Origin: Candidatus Nomurabacteria bacterium | Lineage (GTDB): Bacteria > Patescibacteriota > Minisyncoccia > Phycocordibacterales > UBA918 | Direction: 5' to 3' | Length of the DNA stretch: 64,000 bases | NCBI GenBank assembly: GCA_020632015.1 | Contig: JACKGI010000001.1 | Location: 87,574-151,573 of the forward strand | Shown here: positions 1-8,476 of the stretch, in pieces | Layout: each line of letters starts with the position of its first letter | Numbering within the stretch: position 1 is the first letter of the stretch | Position numbers and translations under genes: made by a program | Notes under the pieces: generated by a model | Database searches by the model: none | What the model was told of the DNA's origin: nothing | What the model saw: the letters and a program-made list of their open reading frames with translations, nothing else

Positions 1-2
1 TT

Positions 3-998
3 TCAGCCTCAATCCTAAATGGTTATCGAAACGGCTTAGATGACGACCCTCAACTTAGTGCTTTACTTACTAGTGGGGGAGACGGGGTTGATTTAACCTT
101 CGCTTCTTCGATGACACCGTTTATCTTGGCGGCAGTCTTTTTGGTAGCATCGATTGTCATCGCCAACAAGCTTGGCGCTAATGGAGCCGGCGCAGCAATT
201 AGTACTGGTAAAAACCTCTCAGGCAAGCTTCGTCGTGGAGTGACCAGAACTGCAGGAGGAGCAACTGCAGGAGTTGCTGCTTATGGAGGTCGTAAATTTA
301 TTGGTGGCACAGCCAATAGAATAGCTGAAAATGCAGCAATACAAAGACTTGCAAGACGCGGAGGAATGGCTGGTATTGTAGGTAGGGCTGTTGCTAATAC
401 GGCACATTACGGTAGGACAGCTAGCTTTGATGCCAGAAATGTAGGAGGTCTTGGAAAAGCAACGGGACTAGGTGAAGGTAAGAAGGGTGGTTATGCTAAT
501 GATCAAAAGGAGCAAGAGAAGAAGGACAAGGAAAGGTCTGAGCGGTACTCAACTCAAGAAGATGATCAATTCTACAAAGATGCTGGTGAAGGAGTTGAGC
601 AAATTAAAAATCAATACGATCAGATCATTAAGAATATCAATCAAACTGTCTCAGACCTTTCTAAAGAGACTAATCCAGCTAGAAGGCAAGCTTTGTATCA
701 ACAACTAAGAGATCAAGAGGCTGCTAAAACTACCATTGAAAAAGATACCTCGACTCAAGATGCAAAAGAATTCAACTACGTACGAAAAAACAATAAGAAG
801 ATGAGATTAAATACTTACGCAGAGACAGTAGAAAGGAGAGGTGAAGATTTTGGTGGTTGGAGGAAGTTCTTAACTGATCAACAGGCCAATACTAGGTCTG
901 CCGGTGCAATAAGGAAAGAAAAAAGTGATGTTCAAAAACTAGTGGATTTTCTTCAAGACAAGGACAAGGGAGGGGGAAACAGTAAGGATGAAGAATAA
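3..998 (+). CDS. membrane-anchored Gly/Ala-rich protein with charged C-terminal half; possibly 5'-truncated by window edge
   Basis: Track ORF 111-998. The same frame has no stop back to nt 3. TM helix PFILAAVFLVASIVIANKL, then a G/A-rich segment, then a K/E/D/Q-rich region. First gene of the T4SS-like cluster. Confidence 0.5.
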   Translation, partial: SASILNGYRNGLDDDPQLSALLTSGGDGVDLTFASSMTPFILAAVFLVASIVIANKLGANGAGAAISTGKNLSGKLRRGVTRTAGGATAGVAAYGGRKFIGGTANRIAENAAIQRLARRGGMAGIVGRAVANTAHYGRTASFDARNVGGLGKATGLGEGKKGGYANDQKEQEKKDKERSERYSTQEDDQFYKDAGEGVEQIKNQYDQIIKNINQTVSDLSKETNPARRQALYQQLRDQEAAKTTIEKDTSTQDAKEFNYVRKNNKKMRLNTYAETVERRGEDFGGWRKFLTDQQANTRSAGAIRKEKSDVQKLVDFLQDKDKGGGNSKDEE

Positions 999-1007
999 AA
1001 ATTAATT

Positions 1008-1514
1008 ATGCCCATACAAACACAAACCCAACAATTGCTTGAAGAAAGACTTTCTGTTGTTCCAAAAGAAGTAAGGTCAGTAATCTGTGGCGACAAACTC
1101 AATGAGATTGTACGAGCAATTCAAATTGATTTTTCACTAACAGATATACAGTCAAACAGATTATCCGATGAAATTTTGTTAACCTTACTATTCTTTTACC
1201 CAACCATCAATCTAGATAATAGAATATTAGAGTCTTTAGGTATAGATACAGAGGCGTCCGGAAAAATTAGCTCCTACGTACAACAATCGTTGTTTGCTCC
1301 AATGAGTGGTATATACGAACAAACAAACGAAATGTTTGTTACTGATGAAGCAAAATCGTACAAAACTGTACCAGAAGTAACCGCCTCCATAGCAACCCCA
1401 AATATCCGCACCATGCAGGGCGATATCAAAGCTACTTCACAAGAGGATTTGCTTAAAGGAAAGCAAGAAACAAAAATCGACGACGACACACCTCGTTGGG
1501 GTAACCAAACCTAA
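1008..1514 (+). CDS. hypothetical soluble protein in T4SS-like cluster
   Basis: 168-aa ORF starting 9 nt after the upstream stop, co-directional. No TM segment or recognisable motif. Confidence 0.45.
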   Translation: MPIQTQTQQLLEERLSVVPKEVRSVICGDKLNEIVRAIQIDFSLTDIQSNRLSDEILLTLLFFYPTINLDNRILESLGIDTEASGKISSYVQQSLFAPMSGIYEQTNEMFVTDEAKSYKTVPEVTASIATPNIRTMQGDIKATSQEDLLKGKQETKIDDDTPRWGNQT

Positions 1515-1530
1515 CTTAGAGTGATCAATA

Positions 1531-1587
1531 CTCACGCAATGTATTCTGAGTGGTCGCGGGGAGTGTGTGAAGAATACATTGCGTGAG
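1531..1587. promoter_or_regulatory. perfect 17-bp inverted repeat (stem-loop) between cluster genes
   Basis: Arms ctcacgcaatgtattct (1531-1547) and agaatacattgcgtgag (1571-1587) with a 23-nt GC-rich loop and no T-tract. TATAAT at 1636-1641 follows. Confidence 0.5.
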
Positions 1588-1649
1588 CGTTGGGGATTGT
1601 TGGCAGAATTGTTACTTTTCTTAAGTTGCAACATGTATAATGGTGTTGT

Positions 1650-2090
1650 ATGCGTTTTGAAGTTCCTCAGTTTATTGAAGTTGAAGACAAAATTTTTGGC
1701 CCATTGACTTGGCGTCAATTCTTATACGTTGGTGGGGGAGTCGGAATGGCAGTGGTAATGTTTTTTACATTACCTTTCATATTCTTTCTAATACTAGGTT
1801 TGCCTTTAGGTCTACTGTCAGCCGCTCTGGCTTTTTATCCAGTCAACAACCGACCTTTTTCTTTTTTTCTTGAGGCAATAATTAACTACACTAAAGGGCA
1901 ACGCCTTTATTTATGGAAACAAAGCGCGGATGTTGTCTATAAAAGAAATCCTGCAACTCAAACCGACTCCTACCGCGCATCACCGTACTCAACACCGATG
2001 TCTGCAAATCTAAACCGCTCTAAACCAAAACAAAACATTTCCAGTCTTGCTCGAAAGTTAGAATTACAAGCCTTACAAAAATCAGAGTAA
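1650..2090 (+). CDS. PrgI/VirB3-like small T4SS membrane protein
   Basis: N-terminus MRFEVPQFIEVEDKIFGPLTWRQFLY followed by two TM helices, which is the PrgI-family pattern as I recall it. It lies just upstream of a VirB4-type ATPase. Confidence 0.6.
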   Translation: MRFEVPQFIEVEDKIFGPLTWRQFLYVGGGVGMAVVMFFTLPFIFFLILGLPLGLLSAALAFYPVNNRPFSFFLEAIINYTKGQRLYLWKQSADVVYKRNPATQTDSYRASPYSTPMSANLNRSKPKQNISSLARKLELQALQKSE

Positions 2091-2092
2091 AT

Positions 2093-2734
2093 ATGCCAAC
2101 CACTAATGCAGCAACTCAAGATTTTGTCTCAATTAGAGACATAAAAGAAAATGTCGTAATCGGTAAGGATGGGCAGATGTTAATGTTGCTTTTGGCCTCT
2201 TCTATTAACTTTGCTTTAAAATCAATCGATGAACAGCGGGCGGTACTTAGTCAGTTTCAGAATTTTTTGAATACTTTGGATTTTACTTTGCAGATTTATG
2301 TTCAATCTAGAAGACTAAACATCGAACCATACTTGGAGCTTTTGTCTGGCCTCAAAGATAAACAAGACAACGAACTAATGCAGATTCAGCTTCGTGAATA
2401 CGTTGAGTTCATTAAAACTTTTACCACGAATGTAGACGTGATGAGTAAAAACTTTTTTGTTGTCGTCCCGTATACACCCTCAAAAATTAACATCACAAAG
2501 GGTATAACTAATCTTTTCACTCCTGGCCAAAAAAATGCAGCCCTACCAAATGACATGCAATTTGAAGAACATCGTGTTCAACTCGAACAAAGAGTAGGGG
2601 TAGTTACTGAAGGATTAGCTAGGGTTGGGGTACGTACGATTACTTTAGGCAACGACGAACTGGTAGAACTTTTTTATCATATTTATAATCCGGGTGACCA
2701 AACGGGTTCAGCACCTATAGTTGATAACGTATAA
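2093..2734 (+). CDS. T4SS-associated protein of unknown function
   Basis: 213 aa, tightly packed between the prgI-like and virB4-like genes. No TM segment. Confidence 0.45.
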   Translation: MPTTNAATQDFVSIRDIKENVVIGKDGQMLMLLLASSINFALKSIDEQRAVLSQFQNFLNTLDFTLQIYVQSRRLNIEPYLELLSGLKDKQDNELMQIQLREYVEFIKTFTTNVDVMSKNFFVVVPYTPSKINITKGITNLFTPGQKNAALPNDMQFEEHRVQLEQRVGVVTEGLARVGVRTITLGNDELVELFYHIYNPGDQTGSAPIVDNV

Positions 2735-2737
2735 TCT

Positions 2738-4537
2738 ATGGCTCTTTTCGATTTCATACAACCAAAAAAAACTGACTCTGGGATAACAAATCCGCGGGAC
2801 CAACTAATGACTTTGACTGATGTTATCGCTCCTTCAGCGATAAGTGTTACTCCAAGAAGTATCAATATTAGCGGAGTGGTAACCAGAGTTTATTACGCTG
2901 TTTCATACCCAAGATTTTTGAACGATGGATGGATGGAACCAGTCCTAAACTTAACTCGTGAATTAGATGTTTCAATATTTGTACACCCAATCGACACGGC
3001 TGAGACATTGAAAAAATTCCAGAAGAAAGTGGCTGAAGTACAAAGCCAAATCAACATCAAAGCCGAAAAAGGGGAGGTGCGTGACCCACAACTAGAAGCC
3101 GCTTACCGCAATCTCGAAGAGCTTCGCGACAAACTTCAACAAGCTGAAGAAAAGCTCTTTAATGTCGGTTTCTATTTGGCACTTTATGGAAAGGATGAGG
3201 TAGAAATCAATAAAGCAGAAAATGACATCCGTGGAATTTTGGACGCGAGAATGATTGCAATGAAGCCGGCTTTGTTCCAACAAGAGCAAGGTGTAAAAAG
3301 TATTTTCCCTTTGGCCGGAGATGAGCTTTTGGTTCATAGTAAATTCAACTCGGCTCCATTATCTAGTTTCTTTCCTTTTACATCTTTCGACCTTACTTCT
3401 GACAGTGGGATTCTATACGGTATCAACCGACACAACTCTTCTCTTGTCCTGTTCGACCGCTACAGCCTAACCAACTACAACTCAGTGACCTTCGCCACCT
3501 CTGGAGCAGGTAAGTCATACACTTTAAAGCTAGAAATTCTTCGTTCTCTTATGTTTGGTACTGAAGTGATTGTACTTGACCCAGAACGTGAGTACGAATA
3601 CTTGGCTGAAGCAACTGGTGGAAGGTTTTTTAATATCTCTCTTTCATCAAATCACCACGTGAATCCTTTTGACCTTCCACCACCAGGAGAAGATGAGGAT
3701 CCAAAAGACGTACTCCGAACTCACATCATCGAAATGGTGGGACTATTCCGACTCATGCTTGGAGGCTTGTCGGCAGAAGAAGAGACTTTGATTGACCTCG
3801 CGATTCAAGAAACCTACGCCCTAAAAGATATTACCGGCGATGCCGATTTCTCAAACATGGAACCACCGCTACTGACCGACTTTGAAATGGTCTTGGCTGG
3901 AATGGAAGGGAGTGGCTCTTTGATAGCACGCCTACAAAAATACACTTCTGGTACCTGGTCTGGATTTATGAATGCTCCAACCAACGTGGACATAAACCAA
4001 AAATTCGTTGTTTTCTCACTTCGAGACATGGAAGATGAACTTAAGACCATCGCGATGTACATCATCACAAACTTCATCTGGGGCTCTATCCGTCGACGCA
4101 TGGCCAAGCGACTAATGGTTATTGACGAAGCTTGGTGGATGATGAAATCTGAAGACACTGCTTCTTTCTTGTTTAGCCTAGCTAAGCGTGGTCGTAAATA
4201 CTACTTAGGAATCGCAACTATCACTCAAGACGTAGATGACTTCCTTCGCTCACCATACGGCGTGCCGATGATTACCAACTCTTCTATCCAACTTTTGATG
4301 AAACAATCACCAACTGCGATAGATAACATCCAAAAAACTTTCAACCTCACTGATGAAGAAAAGTTGTTACTACTGGAGTCCACGGTTGGGGAGGGGATTT
4401 TCTTTGCTGGACTAAAACACGTCGCTATCAAAATCATCGCGTCATACACTGAAGATCAAATCATCACCTCAGACCCATCACAGCTCTTACAAATCAAAGC
4501 GGCGCGGGCAGAACTTAGAGCAGCAAGAGAAGGATAG
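2738..4537 (+). CDS. virB4: VirB4/TraC/TrbE-type type IV secretion ATPase
   Basis: 599 aa. Walker A is TSGAGKSYT and Walker B is RLMVIDEAWWMM. The C-terminal RGRKYYLGIATITQ motif region is typical of VirB4-family ATPases. Confidence 0.85.
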   Translation: MALFDFIQPKKTDSGITNPRDQLMTLTDVIAPSAISVTPRSINISGVVTRVYYAVSYPRFLNDGWMEPVLNLTRELDVSIFVHPIDTAETLKKFQKKVAEVQSQINIKAEKGEVRDPQLEAAYRNLEELRDKLQQAEEKLFNVGFYLALYGKDEVEINKAENDIRGILDARMIAMKPALFQQEQGVKSIFPLAGDELLVHSKFNSAPLSSFFPFTSFDLTSDSGILYGINRHNSSLVLFDRYSLTNYNSVTFATSGAGKSYTLKLEILRSLMFGTEVIVLDPEREYEYLAEATGGRFFNISLSSNHHVNPFDLPPPGEDEDPKDVLRTHIIEMVGLFRLMLGGLSAEEETLIDLAIQETYALKDITGDADFSNMEPPLLTDFEMVLAGMEGSGSLIARLQKYTSGTWSGFMNAPTNVDINQKFVVFSLRDMEDELKTIAMYIITNFIWGSIRRRMAKRLMVIDEAWWMMKSEDTASFLFSLAKRGRKYYLGIATITQDVDDFLRSPYGVPMITNSSIQLLMKQSPTAIDNIQKTFNLTDEEKLLLLESTVGEGIFFAGLKHVAIKIIASYTEDQIITSDPSQLLQIKAARAELRAAREG

Positions 4538-4599
4538 TGAGACTCAGGCGTAGCACCTCGGCTACACCACCAATCTATTCTGATATAAAAAAACCTGGG

Positions 4600-4650
4600 G
4601 TATACCCCGCCCTAACTTTTTTCAAAAGTTAGGGCGGGGTATACTTTTCT
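4600..4650 (+). terminator. rho-independent terminator after virB4-like gene
   Basis: Perfect ~21-bp stem, gtataccccgccctaactttt / aaaagttagggcggggtatac, followed by ttttct. The right arm also carries TATACT (4640-4645), 7 nt before ATG 4653. Confidence 0.8.
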
Positions 4651-4652
4651 AT

Positions 4653-5702
4653 ATGCCCGCACCACAGCCGCTCAACGAGCAGTTTAACCAAAACGCTAGT
4701 TTACAACCCAACTACAAACAGGTGGGGGTGCGAAATGTATCAGTTGAAAAAAACCGTGGTGGGGCCAGTAACAACCCCAAGACCACTAGCCAAGTGGAAA
4801 CTAAGCGACGGTTTGCTGCTAATGACCCAAGGTATGACAATCATACTAGGAATGTAAATGTGGAAGGGAGACAAGGTCGGCCGACGACGGATGCAAAGTT
4901 TAGACAAAGCTACGCAGAAAAAGGCCTCCAACCACAAGGGATAAATCAGAAAAAGAAAAGTGGTGTCATACATCATTCTGAGAAAAAAATCGACAACCAC
5001 ACATTCAGCAATAATGTTCACCAACTGTACAAAACTCTTGAGGATTTAAAACAGGGTGATATTGATTCTGCCCTCGATGAGGCTTTGGATGCACTTGATG
5101 CTGATGATGAGGCAATGGAAAGAGAGGCTAAAAAAAGAGGTGCTCTTGTAAAAACATTAAAAGCTTATTTGCTATACCGCGCTTATAAAAGAGTCACCGC
5201 ACTTAATATTAAAATATTTTCTGTCGGACTTTATTTGTGGTCACTAGTCCAAATACCAATGGCCCTTTTTAGCTTGGTTGCTTTTGGGCTTACCGCTGCT
5301 GTTTACCAATTGGATGAATTATTGCAGCCCCAGACAAAGGACGGTATGTTAGTTACCGCTACAAAAAGTGTTGCCGGTTTTTTTGTTGAAAAAGCAGTAA
5401 CTGTAGGTAGTTACATAAACGACGTTGTGGAGGGTATGTTCAACATAGATATATCCATATTTCTACCTGATAATATGTTTATGATTACCTGGATTTTTAT
5501 TATTGGCTTTTTTGGGATATTTCAATTATTCTTAATGTGGCTATTATATAAATTAGTACTATTAAAGCCACTAGATGGAAAATCTTCTGGTTTAAAATAC
5601 AGCACTCTTCTATTAGCTATGGTTGGTTATAGCATCCCTCTACTCAACCTATTTCCATGGTTTACTGTTTGGGCAGCGGCTGTGTGGGTGAGGCCAAAAT
5701 AA
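4653..5702 (+). CDS. polytopic membrane protein (VirB6/TrbL-like by topology only)
   Basis: 349 aa. The N-terminal ~170 aa is polar and looks disordered. The C-terminal half has about 5 hydrophobic helices. Position after VirB4 fits a T4SS channel component. Confidence 0.45.
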   Translation: MPAPQPLNEQFNQNASLQPNYKQVGVRNVSVEKNRGGASNNPKTTSQVETKRRFAANDPRYDNHTRNVNVEGRQGRPTTDAKFRQSYAEKGLQPQGINQKKKSGVIHHSEKKIDNHTFSNNVHQLYKTLEDLKQGDIDSALDEALDALDADDEAMEREAKKRGALVKTLKAYLLYRAYKRVTALNIKIFSVGLYLWSLVQIPMALFSLVAFGLTAAVYQLDELLQPQTKDGMLVTATKSVAGFFVEKAVTVGSYINDVVEGMFNIDISIFLPDNMFMITWIFIIGFFGIFQLFLMWLLYKLVLLKPLDGKSSGLKYSTLLLAMVGYSIPLLNLFPWFTVWAAAVWVRPK

Positions 5703-5751
5703 AAAACACCGAACATTCCATTGTTCGGCGCCAATAATCAGAAGTTCAGCA

Positions 5752-6111
5752 CTAATTCCCAGTGCTGGCTATGTCAGGCCTTTGATAAATGTGACATAAA
5801 TATGTCATCCCGACTTGGACCCTTCTATCTTTTGGGCCAACAAGGTTGTTCATGCGCCTGAAATTCTCTTCAGTTCCGCCGCAATGTCGGACAAACTCAG
5901 AAATAAGCTCTGGGCTCTCTGCCCTTAAAAAGCGAGCGTTGTAGTGAACATTTCTACAGTTTGTACAGGCGTATTCAAGTGAATCCATATCTACTTTCTC
6001 CACCTGTATTTTGAAGCCAAAATCGTAGCTGATTGCTGGGGTACTTTCCAACGCCAGCATGAAGGCTGTGATGAGTGCGGCCAACATCGCCGCGAGTTTT
6101 TTGCTAGCCAT
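5752..6111 (-). CDS. small secreted protein, probably acquired (SD-led, GC-richer, antisense to cluster)
   Basis: Start chosen at MASKKLAAMLAALITAFMLAL (signal-like). AGGAGG at 6117-6122 lies 5 nt upstream. The track ORF extends to 6255 without support. Confidence 0.5.
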   Translation of the reverse strand: MASKKLAAMLAALITAFMLALESTPAISYDFGFKIQVEKVDMDSLEYACTNCRNVHYNARFLRAESPELISEFVRHCGGTEENFRRMNNLVGPKDRRVQVGMTYLCHIYQRPDIASTGN

Positions 6112-6306
6112 ATCGGCCTCCTGCGCATAGCGCGTTATTTCTATGAAAATCAACGAACTCATTTCGTGTGCGAAATGCACACCTAATTTATTTATAACAC
6201 GTTGTGGATAACCCGCAAGGGCAGGGAAGGTGCTTTTTTGACACCCTTTCCCCAAATTAACTAATAGTGGGCCTAAGCAATGTTTTAGTCTGATATTATT
6301 ATAAGT

Positions 6307-7281
6307 ATGAGGAAACTAACCCTATTCTGTTTAGCTTTATTTATATTATCTACTTCTCCTGCCTTAGCACAGTTTGAAGATTTACTTGGTGGCGCCAGTT
6401 CTGTTTATGCTGACCCAGAAATTACTCTGAAACCTTCTTCTCCTGAACCAGGCGAAAGAGTAACGGCTTCGGTCAATTCTTATATACCAAGTGTCAACGG
6501 CTCAGCTATTAGTTGGAAACTGGACGGTAAAGAAATCCCTGGGTCAGCCAATAAAAATAGCGTTAGTTTTGTGGCTGGTAAAGACGGAATGGAACAAACC
6601 ATCACCACCACCTTCAACACCCCAAAAGGCCAGACAATTGTTGTTAAGGATGAATTTACACCAAGATACTTAGACATAATAATCGAACCACAAACTCACG
6701 TACCTAGTTTTTATCTTGGACGTGCGATGCCGAGCACTGGGAGTTTAGTAAACGCAACGCTTTTAATTAGTGGTTTGAATTCATACTCTGACTACTTGTT
6801 CACTTGGCGAGTAGGAAGAACAGTTGTTGGTGGGAGTTCACAAAGAGGTAAAAACTTCACTTCCTTCGAAACTACTTTAGATAGATACATGCTTCTCTCG
6901 GTTGAGGTGACTGGGACAGATGGTAGTTTGGTTGCCAAAAAGACTGTTTCTGTTCCTTCTGTTAGTCCTTTCTTAAAATTCTACGAGTATAGTCCTCTAC
7001 TTGGTTTATCAAACCAACCAATCAACAAAAGCCTTTCTCTTATTGGAAATGTCACCACAGTAAGAGCCGAGCCTTATTATTTAGACTCAAGAGTTTACAA
7101 CAACCCAGCCATTGCAGACTGGACACTCAACAAAGCCTCTTACACAGACACGAACTCAAACCCATATGAAGTCACATTAAAAAGAGGTGGCACTTCTGGT
7201 CGTAGCACTTTAAATTTTCATGTTCGTGATACAGCCCAATTATTACAAGGAGCTAGAGGTAGTATTGGCATAAACTTATAG
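6307..7281 (+). CDS. secreted protein of unknown function
   Basis: 324 aa with signal peptide MRKLTLFCLALFILSTSPALAQ and a beta-rich composition. Confidence 0.55.
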   Translation: MRKLTLFCLALFILSTSPALAQFEDLLGGASSVYADPEITLKPSSPEPGERVTASVNSYIPSVNGSAISWKLDGKEIPGSANKNSVSFVAGKDGMEQTITTTFNTPKGQTIVVKDEFTPRYLDIIIEPQTHVPSFYLGRAMPSTGSLVNATLLISGLNSYSDYLFTWRVGRTVVGGSSQRGKNFTSFETTLDRYMLLSVEVTGTDGSLVAKKTVSVPSVSPFLKFYEYSPLLGLSNQPINKSLSLIGNVTTVRAEPYYLDSRVYNNPAIADWTLNKASYTDTNSNPYEVTLKRGGTSGRSTLNFHVRDTAQLLQGARGSIGINL

Positions 7282-7282
7282 T

Positions 7283-8473
7283 ATGAAACGTCCACTCATC
7301 ATAATCATCGGGGTAGTACTAGTCTTTATTTTGATAGGCGCTTGGATGTATGTGCTTTTCTTTATGGAAAGTAGCGACACGAATACTTTTGCTGATTTGA
7401 ATTTTGAAAACTCTACTGAAGAATTTACTGAAGTAGAAAATATGGGTGGAGGAGAACCAATAGTTAATGTCAATGATTTATCGAGATTGAGACAACTGAC
7501 CACCACACCAGTAGTTGGTTTTCAGGAAGTTATGAAAAACTCCAGCTCAACTCCTTTGGTTTATTACATCAGCGCTGGTACTGGACATATTTTCTCTATT
7601 GATTTAGAAACCGGTGAAGAAAAAAGAGTTTCTGGTACTACTATCCCAAGTACCGAGTCTGGAGTAATTACACCAGATGGACAGTACGCACTGATTCAAT
7701 CTGGTTTTGGTTCAACTAAAGAAGCGACTGTTGGTATGATTTCGGCTGACGAAGATCAATTGGTTGGTGAAGTCACTCTAAATAATATTTATTCTTTTAG
7801 TGAAACTGCTAGTGGCACATTTTTAATTGCTAGGAAATCAGACAATAGTGTTTCTGCTTCGCACTACCTACCAGCTAGTGGGGAGGAGGTAAGCTTATTC
7901 TCAGTTCCTTTTGGAGAAGTGGTAATAGATTGGGGTACACAAGCCACAGACAATCACTATCTTTACCCGAAGCCAAACAGTTTGCTTGAAGGGTATTTGT
8001 ACCAAGCCTCCAACAAGGGCATTAAAAGACTGCCAGTCGATGGTTTTGGACTCTCCGCCAAAGGAAGCAATGATTATGTAATCAGTAGCTCGCAGGCTAA
8101 CAAAAAATACAGTACTCAGATTTTAAATATGTCAGAAAATTTTGTTAGTAATTACCGTCTTGATGTAATGCCTGAAAAATGTGTTTCTTTGTCTACTAGA
8201 CTTTCTTTTATTTGTGGAATTTCAGATTCGCCAAGCTACTCTCAACAAACACCTGATGACTGGTATCAAGGTACAGTTTCATATAATGATGATTTACTAG
8301 AAATAAATCTTAAAGATGGAGTAAATTCATACCTCCTAGACATTGAGGAGGAGAGTGGAAGAATTTTGGACATCACTAATTTGGAAACCAACCAAGATGA
8401 TTCTCGACTTTACTTTATTAATAAAAATGACGGCACTCTATGGTCTTATCTATTAACTGAGAATAATAATTAA
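7283..8473 (+). CDS. N-terminally anchored extracytoplasmic protein (possible beta-propeller-like repeats)
   Basis: 396 aa. TM helix LIIIIGVVLVFILIGAWMYVLFF. Starts 2 nt after the upstream stop. Confidence 0.5.
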   Translation: MKRPLIIIIGVVLVFILIGAWMYVLFFMESSDTNTFADLNFENSTEEFTEVENMGGGEPIVNVNDLSRLRQLTTTPVVGFQEVMKNSSSTPLVYYISAGTGHIFSIDLETGEEKRVSGTTIPSTESGVITPDGQYALIQSGFGSTKEATVGMISADEDQLVGEVTLNNIYSFSETASGTFLIARKSDNSVSASHYLPASGEEVSLFSVPFGEVVIDWGTQATDNHYLYPKPNSLLEGYLYQASNKGIKRLPVDGFGLSAKGSNDYVISSSQANKKYSTQILNMSENFVSNYRLDVMPEKCVSLSTRLSFICGISDSPSYSQQTPDDWYQGTVSYNDDLLEINLKDGVNSYLLDIEEESGRILDITNLETNQDDSRLYFINKNDGTLWSYLLTENNN

Positions 8474-8476
8474 TTT

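Noticed and set aside
6204-6212. A second replication origin suggested by a perfect TTATCCACA box.
   Set aside because: It is a single isolated box with no cluster, no AT-rich unwinding element and no dnaA/dnaN context. It is kept only as a note under the inserted-gene finding.
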